64,000 nucleotides of DNA from Protoeuglena noctilucae. Lineage: Eukaryota. The position numbers were made by a program, and so were the translations under genes. The stretch lies in the NCBI GenBank assembly GCA_958009085.1, contig OY253672.1, positions 1 through 64,000 of the forward strand, in the 5' to 3' direction. Positions 28,301-40,935 of this stretch are shown one piece after another (positions within the stretch are counted from its first letter, which is position 1; each line of letters begins with the position of its first letter). The notes under the pieces were generated by a model. It was not told where the DNA came from. It worked only from the letters and a program-made list of their open reading frames with translations, and did no database searches.

Positions 28301-30610
28301 ATGAGTGTCGGATGCTGTCTACCGCTACAAGGCAAGTGGCAAGCACCCAACCCCCCATGCCCCCTCCCTCGCACCTGTCCACCTTCCCCGCCATGTCTGC
28401 CAGTGACCGTGCCGCCTGCAGCTGCTGCTCCAGCACCCGCGATGCCGCCGCAGCTGCCCGCCGCTCCGCTTCCAGCTCCTCGCGGTGACGGCGCCGCAGA
28501 GACTCCACCTCCTCCCTGCATGGGACACACACATGGGACAGCGTTAAGAGTCAAGCCCACTCTAATTACCCTATCTTGTCTTGCCTCTGCCCTCCCCCCA
28601 CGCACCTCGCCCGCGCCTCCCCTGCCCTCGCCCTCTCCTGCAGGTCGTCGCGCTCCCTCGCGGCTGCCGCACGCAGGGACTCGCCTCCTCCGCCGCCCGC
28701 CGCCGCTCCTCGTCCGCCGCCCGCCGCGCCTCGGCCGCCTCCACCTGGGCCTGCGACAGCTGCTTGCGGAGGGCAGTCGCCTGCGAGGTGCAGAAGGGAG
28801 GGATGTGGAGGGACACGCGCACGGGCACCCCAGCGTCGCACCCCACCCCGGGCCCCGCCTCGCCTCTCCCCGGGCGNNNNNNNNNNNNNNNNNNNNNNNN
28901 NNNNNNNNNNNNNNNNNNNNNNNNNNNNNNNNNNNNNNNNNNNNNNNNNNNNNNNNNNNNNNNNNNNNNNNNNNNNNNNNNNNNNNNNNNNNNNNNNNNN
29001 NNNNNNNNNNNNNNNNNNNNNNNNNNNNNNNNNNNNNNNNNNNNNNNNNNNNNNNNNNNNNNNNNNNNNNNNNNNNGGCGTGTGCGGGGCACGGACGGCG
29101 CAGGGGCGGCGGTGGTCGCAGCGGGGGCTGGTGCGACGGCATCAGAGACGGCGGGAGTGCCTGCGGGGGCAGCTGTCGTGCTGTACACCACAGGAACACG
29201 CCCACTCCGTCACCCCCCCCTCTCCAGTCCCCCTCACCTCTCCCCGCGTCGCCCTTCCCCGCCCCCTCAGGTCTCCAGTCCGGCCGCAGCAGCGCCTCGA
29301 GGTCGTCTGGGAGGGCAGTGGACGAGGCCGGGGCAGCCGCGCCGGTGCGTGGCCGCGATAGTGCCGCGGCGCGGGAGGGGTGGGCCGTGGGGGCAGGGGC
29401 GTCTCGGGGTGCATCCACGGAGGGGCGCGCGTGGATGCCCAGGTCTGAGTCGGGGATGCCGTCGCCTGCAGAAGGAGGAGAGGACTACAGTAAAACAGAT
29501 ACGGCATGCCAGGCATGCAGGCATCCCCAGTCGCATGGCCCTCTTCTCACCTGACGCCTCCCCACTCAGCACGGGGGTCGCGGACCGCCCCACGCCGGGA
29601 CCCGAGGTGGCGCCGGGGGCGCGGGTCCCCAGGGGCGGGGAGTCGTCCCCCGCGCCCGGCAGATCCAGGCCCTGTCCCCAGCTGTCCTCCGCCGCAGGGG
29701 GAGCCGAGGGGGGGGAGCGGGGGTCGGGGTGCAGGCTGCGGGGGCAGAAGGGTGTCGGTGTGGATGCGCCCAGCCGCGGACTCAGTGCATCGCGAACAGC
29801 GTCACGGGCAGAGCCACGCTGTGAATCGCAACACTACCCCCGTGCCGTCACCTGACTTCGCCAAACCCCCCAGGCAGCCCCTCCTTCCCATCGGCAGCGG
29901 GGCGGTCCGTGGCACGGGCAGGCGCGCCGATCGAGTCCACGTCCGCGGAGGGAGGGGCAGCGGCCGCAGCCCTGCGCCCCGCCGGCCCTGCCCCGCGCCT
30001 GCCGGCCGCGGGCTGCGTCTTGCCGCCCCCCACGCCCAGCAGGCTGTCGAGGATGTCGGTGCCGAGGGGAGCGGGGGTGGGAGCGGGGGCGGCGACGGGC
30101 GCGGGGGTGGGCCGCGGGGCAGCTGCGCGCGGCACGCGGGCGGCTGGGAGGGGGGCGACAGGTTCGGGTCTGGTCGATGGTGGGTGGTCGGACGCAGGTC
30201 ACTTTGCAGGCACGCGCCTGGCCGCGCCTCACCTGCCGAGGACGGCACGTAGTCCGGGGCCTCCGACGCCTCGCTCTCCGCGTCCTCCTCCTCGTCCGAT
30301 GACCCCACCGGCAGCCCCAGGTCCCGGAACGTCGACTTCTTCATCAACTTGGGCTTGGGCTTGCTGGGCGGGGGCCTGGGAGGGGGAGGTGCGCCGCGAT
30401 GGGCATGTCGCAAGTACGAAGCGGCGTTTGAAACCTTCGCCGTTGAAGCGCGGGCTCCCGCGAGCGGAGGAAGGCCGCCCTTGCCCAGGCAGCAGCTCAC
30501 TTCGTTGCGCCCAGGCTGTCGACGTCGATGTCCAGCCCCATGGCGGTCCCCGCACCCGGCTTGCGCGACCGGGACGCCCCGAGGGCGGGGGCCCCGCTGA
30601 GGTAGGACAT
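25399..30610 (-). CDS. Long coiled-coil protein with low-complexity termini (possibly FBF1-like centriolar protein); interrupted by an assembly gap
   Basis: Start MSYLSGAPALGASRSRK.... Many E/R/A-rich heptad exons, e.g. EEVESLRRRHREELEAERRAAAAASRVLEQQLQAARSLADMAGK and SMSELMRSAEEGLAREVARAVADREARL. The family assignment is a guess. Confidence 0.6.
28877..29076. other. Assembly gap (200 N)
   Basis: Exactly 200 Ns, consistent with a fixed-size scaffolding gap. Confidence 0.99.
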
Positions 30611-31284
30611 GGCGAAAAGCACAGGCAAACGCGCGGGCCGATGTTAACAAAGCCGGTGACAGCCCCCCGCAGGCGACGCGAATGGTCTTTTCCTTTTCGG
30701 ATTCCACTGATGATATCAGCGATGGATGGAGAGCGTCAAAGAGCGACAGGATGCGGCAAACGGGCGAGGGCTGGGTTCGACTCGCTTGAGGAATTACAGC
30801 GGCGCTCCTTGCGACGCCGCGGCTTGGCGAGCGCCAATGCCTTTGCCACGGCTGGAGACCATGCAGCCCTGACAGTCACTCTGTCCAGCCCGGCACTGGC
30901 GGCAGCGCCCTCGTCGGACACTGACGGTGTCGGCCGCGTGGCAAAAGCAGGGCTCGCCCACTAGCAGCCAGTGATTGCCCACAGTGGGAGTGAGCCGTTG
31001 TTTCCTTGGCTCGCTGAGTTGTTGAAGCGCCATACAGACCCCAAGACCTAAATCCCAAGTCCCGCAGTTACGAGAGCCGCCGACAATTCTGTGCCTTGAA
31101 GGACGAGTGGCTTGAGCAAGCGCACCGGCGCGCAGGTGGGAAGCCTCGCCTGTCGCACAGCCTGGGGAGCGCGCCCTTGTGCGTCCAGCGTGGCGTGCTA
31201 TGCGCACGCTTCCTGGCGGCCCTCACCACGGCGATAACTCCCTCTTTTATCTGTTCCTCGCAGCGACGGGGAGGGGGTGCGGGG

Positions 31285-33118
31285 ATGAAGGTGAAGGTCA
31301 TAAATCGTTCGGAGGAGCAGTGCACGCGGACGAGGTCTCAAGACGTCGTCAAGGTGAGCCGTACGAAGGCTGCGTGACGATGCACCGCGTGACCGCGCCC
31401 GCCGAGCGCGCAGCGTCGCTGAAAAGTGCGGCGGCCGCTCTCTTCGCAGGTGCACCGCAACCTCGACCCCGCGCTGCATCAGTTCGAGCGCGCACACGAG
31501 TACCAACGAGCAGTAAATGCAGCCAAGTTGGACCGCGTCTTCTCGCGCCCGTTCGTCGCGGCCCTGACGCACGAGGACGGCGTGTGCTGCCTGGCGAAGA
31601 ACAAGAGGAGGGTCAACTCGCTGCTCGCGGGGTCGGCGGATGGGGAGATCAAAGTCTGGGATGTGGCGCTGGTGCGTGCGCGGCGCCCAGCGTCCCGGCG
31701 CACTTGGGCCGTCCCAGCCCCCTCGCTGCCCATCAGGCCACCCCTCACCCTTGCCCCCTTCTCCGTGACCCGCAGCGGCGATGTCTGCGGCGATTGGTGG
31801 GGCACCGCGCGGCCGTCAACGGCGTGGCGGTGACGCACGACGGCGAGGGGGCCGTGTCGTGCAGCTCCGACTGCACCGTGCGGCTGTGGAAGGTGCCGTA
31901 CGCTCCCTTTGAGGGAGGGGTGGTCGAGGCGGACGAGGACCCGGTGGCGGAGTTCCGGGGGAAGGTGAGAGGCCGGCGGAGGGGCATGCGGGGTCGCGCA
32001 CGGCACTGCCAGAGCGTCATGGTCACGCGAGGGGTGCCGTGGCCGTGGTTGCAGGGCGCCTTCACTAAGGTGGACCACCATTGGCGCGACGCGAGGTTCG
32101 TGACGGCGGGGCGCGTCGTCGAGGTCTGGGACCACGCCCGGGCGCAGCCGCTGCAGGCGTTTGAGTGGGGCAGCGACACGGTCACGTCGGTGCGCTTCAA
32201 CCCGGCAGAGGCAGAGGCGAGGGCGGGGCGGCGGCGGCGGGGCTTCCATGGTGATCCTTTAGTGACAAATACCTCTCAACTCGCATGTCGCCTCCCCCGC
32301 AGCTGGTGGCCAGCACGGGCTCCGACCGCTCCCTGGCGCTGTACGACCTGCGGATGGGCGCCCCCCTGCGGAAGCTGGTGATGCAGACGCGCTCCAACGC
32401 CCTGGCGTGGAACCCCATGGAGCCCTTTAACTTCACCGTCGCCAACGAGGACACGTGCCTCTACACGTACGACATGCGGCGGCTGGGGTCGGCCCTGTGC
32501 GTGCACCGGGACTTCGTGTCGGCCGTCCTGGACGTGGACTTCTCCCCCACGGGGAGGGAGTTCGTGGCCGGCGCGTACGACCGCTCCCTCCGCATCTTCG
32601 CCTACAACGGCGGGCACAGCCGCGAGGTCTACCACACCAAGCGCATGCAGCGGGTGTTTGCCGTGCAGGCGAGAGCGCGGGGGGCGGGGGAGGTGGAGGG
32701 CAGGGTAGGGGACCGTGCTGGCGCCCGCGCCTGCTCCCTGCCCACCGCGCCTGCGCCGTCGCCCCTTGCCCCGCAGTTCAGCGTGGATGGCTCGTACGTG
32801 TTCAGCGGCAGCGACGACATGAACGTGCGCGTGTGGAAGGCGGAGGCCTCCGAGCAGCAGGGGACGCTGCTCCCTCGCGAGCGCCACAAGCACGCCTACC
32901 ACAAGGCCCTGGTGCAGCGCTACGGCCACCTGCCGGAGGTGCACCGCATCGCGCGCAAGCGCCACGTGCCCAAGGACATCCACAAGGCGGCGCAGCTGCG
33001 GCGCGCGATGGAGGAGTCGGAGCGGAGGCGGCTGCGCAACCGCATCCAGCACTCGGCCCCAGGGGCGGTGGAGGTGAAGCCGGCGCGGAAGAAGAAGGTC
33101 GTGGCGGAGGTGGAGTGA
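31285..33118 (+). CDS. DCAF13: DCAF13/SOF1 WD40 U3 snoRNP-associated protein, multi-exon
   Basis: MKVKVINRSEEQCTRTRSQDVVK|VHRNLDPALHQFERAHEYQRAVNAAKLDRVFSRPF...WNPMEPFNFTVANED...HSREVYHTKRMQRVF...SGSDDMNVRVWKA...HLPEVHRIARKRHVPK. Confidence 0.96.
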
Positions 33119-33283
33119 GGGGGCGGAGGCGGTGTCGCTTAATGCCGGTTGGGCCGCCCTCTGCGGCACTGCATTTGGTCAATGTCCGTGCGCACGCGGA
33201 TGCAGCCGGGCCAAGCGGCGGCGGCGCTCGTTCAAAGCAGCTGGCATAGCATAGCGCAGGCGCAAGCCGCTCGCGACCCCTCC

Positions 33284-35313
33284 CTACCCGATGGGCAGTG
33301 CCAGGAGGTGGTGCTGGAAGAAGTGGTTGATTTCGGCCTCAGGGTTGGCGTGGCCCAGCGCCCCCAGCACGTCCTCGACCACGGCCGCGTGGAAGTGGCC
33401 CGTGTCGACGTACTCGTCGACCTGCAGCAACAGATAGGGTGCAGATGGGGAGAGCGCAAGCGCAGGTGCAGGTGCAGGTGCAGGAGGTGCAGGTGCAGGT
33501 GCAGGCATGCCTGCACTCGCAGCCTCACCATGGCGGTGAGGAGGAAGTCGGCGGGGGTGCGGAGGGGCCCCGCGGTGCCGGGTTGCCCGACGACCTGCTG
33601 CTGCAGGATGGGCGACAGGTGCGCCGGCTGCGTGGTCGACGCGCCGTTCTGTACAAGGATGCGGACGGTGTGCGCGGGGTTGGGGATGTCGGCGAACCTC
33701 TGGCACACGAGGTGCAAGGGCGCGAGGCCCTGCGTGCTGCGCGCGTTGGGGTCGGCGCGCGCCTGCAGCAGTGCCTCCACTACGGGTGGAGGTGGGCAGG
33801 GACTGGGGAGGGCCTCTCACGCTGGCCAGGCGGGGAGTGGCGCTTGCCGGGTCCCTCACCCACGCTCATGTTGCCAGCGACGCATGCCTCGTGCAGCGCC
33901 GTGAGCCCGCTCCGCAGATGCCGCGCGTTGACGTTTCCGCCCCGCTCGACCAGCCGTGGGATGGCGTCCGCCTGCCCCAGCTCCGCAGCCACGTGGAACC
34001 ACGCCGCACCATTGGCGGCGTGCATGCGGGACAGCTCGGGCAGCTGCACGGGCGGGGGCTCACTTGATTGCGCACACATGCGCCCTGCATGCCAGTGGCC
34101 GCGTGCACCCATCACCCACGCAGTCGCAAGCGGCCCGCACCAGGTCGAGGGCGGGGAGTGCTTGCTCGCGAAACACACGTGCCATTTGTTCCGAAGCCAC
34201 GTTTGGGTTTGGGTTCGCCAGCACCTCCAAGCGCACCCCCAGCTGCATGGCGACCTGCACCGTGTCTGCGTGGGCCATTATGAGGGCCGCGCCCTGGCCC
34301 ATGTCCCGCGTCTGGCTTTCGAGGAGGAAGGCCACTGCACGGGTCCGCGCCTGGCCGACCTCGATGGCCGTGGCCCCTTCCCCGGTCGCATCCGCCGCCT
34401 CCGACGCCACACGGTGCCTGGTGTTGGTGCGGAGCATGGGGTCCCTGGCGAGGTGTTTGGGGAGCCCCGCCTGCCAGCACCGCACAAAGAACTCCCGCAG
34501 GCAGAGGAGCTTGTGCACGTTCCCCGCCCGCACGGCCTTGTGGAACGGCGTGTCCCCGGCACGGTCGGCGCTGGAGAGGGCGTAGGCGACGATGCGGAGG
34601 TAGGAGGGGTTTCCCTGGATGAGGGGCTCCAGAATGGCTGAGAGAGAATGGGAGACGATGGGGTGAATGGCGCGTTCCGTGCTAACCCTGTCATGGAAGG
34701 GGCACGGCTGGGTCAGGTCAGGTCTGTCACCTCTGATGGCGAGCAGGGGCCCCCGGAGCACCGCGTGGTGGAGGAGGGGCATGCCGTCTACGGGGCACTC
34801 CAGGGCCCGCCTGAGGAGGTCCGGGTCGCATTTGGCCAGGCTCTCGACGCGGTCCGACAGAGCCTGGTACTCCTGGCTCAGGATGCGTCCCAGCAGCTGC
34901 TCCGCCTCCCGCCTCGCCGTCCGCTGCCTCTGCGGAGGCAAGTGTAAGGCGGTCGCATAGCGAGGCATCGGCGATAGCGTCGCTCAGCCAAGAGTGGGAT
35001 GCATGCGGCCACAACTCGCCTTTATCACGCGGGCGATGGCGAAGAGCAGGAAGAGGACTGCGCTCAGGGCGCCGAGGATCCGCAGATGCAGAGTGCCTGC
35101 GACGCTTGAGGAGCTTGCTTTTCGCTTCTGGGATGGGCGCCGCTCCCGAGGCCCCACAGTGTGCGCGGGGGCCCGGGCACGCTCGGGGGGAGCTGGGGGA
35201 GCGTCCGTGGGGGTGGGGACCGCGGGCCGCAGGCGGGCGTCGACGATGCGATGGATACCGTCGATGAAAGACAGTCCCCCGTCGACGAGGCGCGCGGTAT
35301 GCTCCTCCGCCAT
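33284..35313 (-). CDS. Ankyrin-repeat protein with an N-terminal transmembrane helix (paralog A)
   Basis: Hydrophobic ILGALSAVLFLLFAIARVI. Ankyrin motifs GMPLLHHAV, GDTPFHKAVRAGN, WFHVAAELGQADAIPRLVERGGNVNA, GLTALHEACVAGN, GLAPLHLVC. Confidence 0.82.
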
Positions 35314-35718
35314 GGCTCGCATCTGCGCCAAGGGTTGTTGACGCTTCTCGCGCGCGCCGTCCCCCGCCCGCCAAGCCTGCCGTCTAGGCCTGGCAAAAGC
35401 CTCAAAGAGCACCCATTTTCAGATGCCCACGTCGCCTCAGCGCGCGATGCTCGGGCGACAGGCCTTGCTGCATGCATGTCGATGCACGCCCGCCCCGAGC
35501 TGCCGTCTTCCCCATTTCTCAAACATAATCCAACAAATCTCACGTGCGATTGCCCCCGATCTTCGCTCATTGGAGCGGAGCTCGCAGCCACCGGCACCCT
35601 CGCTAGACGAGAAGGGAGTCGGGAGCAGCTGCTGTCGGAGCGAAATAGGCAGCTATGACGCGTCCAACAAGCTCGATCTCGGCCCTGCAGGCTGCACCCA
35701 GCCCTCCTTGCGCTTTAG

Positions 35719-37367
35719 TCATCCCTGAATGCTGACGATGGCCACCGCCAGGGCGTACGTCACTGCCATGAAGACGTGGTGGAACTGCAGAGAGGGCGAA
35801 GGCAATTGTCACGAACGGGTGTGCGCACGCCCGGCTTGCGATGGCTGCCATGCGCTTGCCAGTCGCGGCCGGACGCACCAGGTCTGGCCGCTGCGGGCGC
35901 CGCCTCCTCCCGACATTCTTCGGGGACATGCTGAGCTTCTGCTCCCTGGCCCTCTGCTCTTCCATCGAGACCGGCCCCTGCTTGATCAGGAGCTTTGCCA
36001 CGCTGGACTGCTCCGCGGCGAACACGTACTTGTAGAGCTCGTGGAGAGCGACGTGGCCGCGCACCCCGAGGACGTGGGGAGCAGCCCTGGCCTTGAGGAG
36101 CTCGTCCGCTGCGAGCTCGAGGTCACGAGCGAGGTGGCATGCGGGCCAAGTGGGAGAGCGGCGTCACTTAAGCGACGCCACTCACCAGGGTGGAGGCGGC
36201 CGGCCAGGCACACCAGGTGCAGCGCCGTGGGGATCTGCGGCGCATAAACGGGCCACGGCGCCATTGAGGCTTGCGCGGGTGTCGCGCTGGCCGCAGCTGT
36301 GCACGACAGCAATGACCATGCTCACCTCGTTGAGCGCTCTTAGGACGCGGGTGCGGACCAGCTGCACAGCCCGCACCGGGTCTGCGGGGGACCTCGCCAA
36401 CTCCTCCATGCACGCGCCGATGGAGCGGACAGTGTGGACCTTTGCAATGACGTCTACTTCTGCGGAGAGCGGGACAAGCGGACGTGAGGTGCATGCCTGA
36501 GCATGGGCTCTTACGGAGCACCAGCGCATCCCAGCCTCACCGGTCATGGCGCTCCGCACCCCTTGGAAGTAGATGGCGAGGGCGCGCGCCTCGGCCTGGG
36601 CCTGCATCAAAGCAAGAGGCAAAGCGCGGCGCGTGTTGATCTTTGGTAGCCGTGGTGGGCCCAGCACTCTGCACAAGCCGTGCGCAGGTGCGCTGTTGTC
36701 ACCTCGGAGACGGGGGTGCAGGCGGCGGGGTCACAGTCGAGCACCTGCGCCGGTGTGAGGCCCCGCCTGTTCTTGGCCAGGAGGGGGTTCGCCTGCATGT
36801 CGCAGAGGTGGAGGCAGTCGAAGAGCACCTCCAGGACGTCGGGATTGCCCAACTCGACGGCGACGTGGAAGAGGGTGTTGCCGGCGCCGTCGGTGCAGAG
36901 CAGGACCCGAGAGATGCGGCCGGTGTCGCCATCCGCAGCGCAAGGCGCAAAGAGGAAGTCCCGAAGTCCTGTTAGGGGCAGGCGGGTCGGGTATGCTTCA
37001 GGGGCACCGCCTGCAGGGCAGGGCGTCATGGGAATGCAATGCCAAGAAGTGCTCCCTTACCTTTGACGAAAGGGCACGCTGTCTTTGGATTCTTGATGAT
37101 GGAGTGGATCAGCGGCACTCCCCCACTGGTGCGCATGACGAGGCACTTGGGGCTGGCCGGGTGCGCAAGCAGCCTGCAGAAGGTGTCGATGTCGTTGTTG
37201 CTGGCAGCCTCAGCAAGCTTGGGCAACTGTCGTCGCGAAGTCCTCCAGAAGGTGATGGCCGCCACGCCGAGCAGAGCGCAGCCAGCAACCGCGCCGACCG
37301 CTGCGCATTGGGCCCCGGCGAGAAGCCCGACCGATGATGTAAAGATGCATGTTTTTCTGACCTCCAT
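35719..37367 (-). CDS. Ankyrin-repeat protein with an N-terminal transmembrane helix (paralog B); 3' end uncertain
   Basis: Hydrophobic AVGAVAGCALLGVAAITFW. Motifs GVPLIHSII, GNTLFHVAVELGNPDVLEVL, KNRRGLTPAQV, TALHLVC. Confidence 0.75.
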
Positions 37368-38608
37368 CTTGTCTCTGCATCAAAGGAACGAGCATGCAAG
37401 GATACTTCCAAAGTGTGTTTACTCTGCATCCAAGCCTCGACGCATAGGAGGCGGGAAGCATGCAGTTGGCATGCTGAAATGGAAGACACTTAGCAAAGGT
37501 TATTTACATGGGGCATCGGGGCGCAAGTGCAGGCCGAGCTCGCGCGCGAATCCGGTCGTGGACTGAACAGTCACAACCGTTCGCGTGGCCTGCTGCGGCA
37601 CTAGCGCGCCCCCTCGGCACTGCAATTCACTTTTTTGGTACACAGCCGTCAAGAGCAAATGGCTTTGCCGGGTCTGGGATGTGCGCGCGAGTGCTATTGC
37701 CGACACGCACCTGCTCGCGCTGCGGACGGTCGCGTGCACCAGGCGATGGGCCGGGGAGAGCCAACGCGTCCACGGAAGACTCTCAAGCACACACGCGGAT
37801 GCAGCGCAGGCTAACAGCGCTGAATGGACTTGCAAGTTGTTGCAGCGCACGAGCTGGCGGTGCGCGAGGGGCAAGCTCTTGCCACCGAGGCGAAGGTGTG
37901 GACGGGTTGCAGCGACCTTCAAGCGAGGCTAGGCGTTGCATGTGAAGCTGGGCCAGGGTCTGCCGCGTCAAAGGAACCCCTTACCACGGCGTCAGACACT
38001 TGTCTGTCAGGGCAACCCTGCCTGTCCGTTCAAGTGCGCGGCCGGCAGCCTGGACCGGAGACTCAGTCATCCAGCTGTAGCGAGCAGGACAGGGAGCGCG
38101 GGCGGAGGCGTCGCGGCGCGCGGCTGTGGGCGGGTGACCGTGCGCTACTCGTGCTCCGCAGCGAGGCGTCCCAGCCTCGGCACCAGGTCAGCCGCAGCGC
38201 TCCTGCCAGACCATGCATGCGATGTGGGGCTGCCGAGGCGCTCGTCCGAGCCAGCGCTGCGCGCGCCGTGGGCGCGGCACATGGCGACGTGACCCGTCCC
38301 TGGGAGCGCTGCGTTCACGCGGCGCGCCATGCGATGCTGGCTTGCATGGATGCCGAGATGCATGTGGTCTATTGCGCGTGCGACAGCGTCGGTGTGACCC
38401 CGCGATGGGTCACCGGAGCGGCGAGGAGGCCGAGTCAGCTTGCACCAGCACCCCGGCGCGCCCCGATGCGCGAGGCGTCGCGAGGGCCGGCTCTAGGCAA
38501 CCCGACTTGCATGCATGCGCGACGCGCCAACCGCGGCCCTGCATCGTCCTGCAAGCGGCTTAGCGCAACCTCCCGACGTGATGCGATGTGACGCCCCTTC
38601 CCGCAGCC

Positions 38609-40232
38609 ATGGCGGGCGCGGGCGACGCCGGTGCGCGCTTGCCGTTAGACATGGTCATCCACGAAACTGATGTGCAGCTGGGCGAGCCGATCGACGGCGG
38701 CGGGGTGTTCCGCGGGAGGTGGCTGTCCCAGAACCGCGATGTGGCCGTCCTGCGACTGGCCGCGGACCTCGGCAGCGCCATTCCGAAGGAGGCGAGAAAG
38801 ATCCAAGAGCGCGTCCTGAGGAAGCTGTGGCAGATGGCGACTGCTTCCATCAAATGCCGACACGTCTGCGAGGGGCGAGGGGCTTGCTTGTCTGAGGCTG
38901 GGTCATGCTATCCAGTGCTCTGCCCGGCGTCTGCGAGGCACTCCGTATGTGCGCCGCTGCGTCCCTCAGCTCCCGTGTCCCTGCTGCTCGGACGCAGGTT
39001 GCTGGGCTTCATGGTCCGGGACGGCCACCTGCACGTGGTCATGCCGCTGCTCGAGGGGGGGTCCCTGGCCCAGCGCATCGCGGAGCGGGGGGCGGGGCTG
39101 CGGGCGGATGAGGTAGTGGACTTGGCAGTGCAGCTGCTGGAGGGGCTGCAAGACCTGCACCACCATGGGGTCACGCCGCGCAACGTGCTGGTCGATGAGG
39201 GGGGCAAAGTGCTGCTGTTGGACAACGGGCTGGTGTCGGTGGTCGAGGGCGCGATGGGCTTGCCAGTGAGGGGGGAGGCGGATGGTCATCGGAAGGCCTC
39301 CGTGACGACCTTGCTGCGGGATGTGGCCAGCGCACTTCTGGCACCGTTTTTTGCTCCTCAAGCACCCCAACCCCGCCCTCCACTTTCGGTGACGTCGCGA
39401 GAGGCCACCGCGCACTTCATGCCGCCGGAGTGGTGGGACCCGAGCCTCGGGCCACTCACGGCCGCCTCGGATGCGTACTCGGTGGCGGCGACGCTGTGCT
39501 GCGCGGCGTCGGGGCGGCCTCCGTACGGCGACAAGCACAAGAGCGAGGTCATGAGGGACGTGCTGGAGCTCAGGCGCTTCCCCGAGGTGCCGAGGTCGGT
39601 GCCGGAGCCGCTGCGGTCGGCGCTGCAGGGGGCGCTGAGGGAGCGGCCGGGGGACCGGACGAGCGTGGCCGGCATGCTGCGGGCCGCAAACAGGTCCAAG
39701 TGAGGGACGCTGCGGGGGGCAGGGCATGGGCGAGGCGGGTGTCGGCGTGTGCCTGTGGTTGCAGCGCATGGGGACAAGCCGTGCTGTCATCGGCGCCTTA
39801 GGCGGCGGCCAGGTAAGGGGCGGTTCAGCCATTGCCTGAGCATTTACACACGCGCCCAGGAAGTGGCCTTGCCTTTCACCCATGCCCTGGGGCACCCAGC
39901 ATGATGGCGATCATGAGTCCTTGTGTACCTCTTGCAGATTCCGGGACTGCTGCAATTGCCTGGAGAGGGTAGGGTCCCGCCATGCAATCGCGTGTACAAG
40001 GCGCGCCCACCACATGTGCCGCGACTGCCTGGTGCGCGAGGTCACGGCGCTGGCGGAGAGCCGGGCGGCCTTGACAGCGACGAGGAACCTCAAGTGTCAT
40101 GACTGCACGGGACAGGCGTGCGAGGGGGTGTTCCCGGCCGCCACGGTGTTTGCTATTCTTCCTAGTGACGAGTTGCGGGAGAGATTCCTGGAGGCTTGTT
40201 TGCAGCATGTGGCAGAGATGGAGCAGGCGTAG
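38609..40232 (+). CDS. Protein-kinase-fold pseudokinase spliced to a C-terminal RBR-type RING finger
   Basis: Kinase subdomains VQLGEPIDGGGVFRGRW, DVAVL, LHVVMPLLEGGSL, HFMPPEWW, SDAYSVA, GRPPY, DRTSV. Intron 39700-39937 (GT-AG, phase 2) joins to CCNC..CTRRAHHMCRDC..LKCHDC...C. Confidence 0.75.
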
Positions 40233-40935
40233 GGGGCGGGGGAGATGTAGTGGCTGCAGTGGTGCTCCCTAGAGCTGGAGGCGGTGGGAGGGCAGCGACA
40301 GTGGCTGCTTTCAGTCAGCTGCTGGAGAAGGCGCTGGGCATGATGCGGTGTCCGAGGTCCCAGCGCTAGCGGGCGGCGCTGGGGTGGGGGACTTTCGGAC
40401 ACTGCATCGCCGTGATCGCGAGCCAGACAAGTTCAAGACTGCAATGATTCATGCATCAATATCAGGTGCCGCATGCAGTTGTAGGCAGCCTTTTATTCAA
40501 ATGGGCGGCCGCTGCACCTATACGTGGCTACCAGGTATGAGATGCAGGGATCGGCATCACAGTGACGACGACGCGTGCACGAAACCAGGGCTGCTAGGGA
40601 CCATGCCGACAGCAAACGAATGGATTGGTGTGGGCAGCACAAAGCACGCATCCCCAGCACAGCATCGATATCCTCAGCCGCGCGCCAAACCGCAAATGGC
40701 TGCATGCATGCACGAAACGGCGTGGGCAGAAGTGGGGACAGCCACGCTCACTCGTTTATGAGCGGCGAAACTCGTCCATAGTGTTAAAGACGAGGCGTGC
40801 AGAGGCGAACACAGGCCACCGAGTGAACGAAGAGGTAGCCTGGCAGATTGCGGCCATTAGTAGGTTTGTTGGCCACGCAAACAAAGACGCACACTGCTCA
40901 CATAGCCAAGACGGCACCATGACGAGGGGCAGCAG

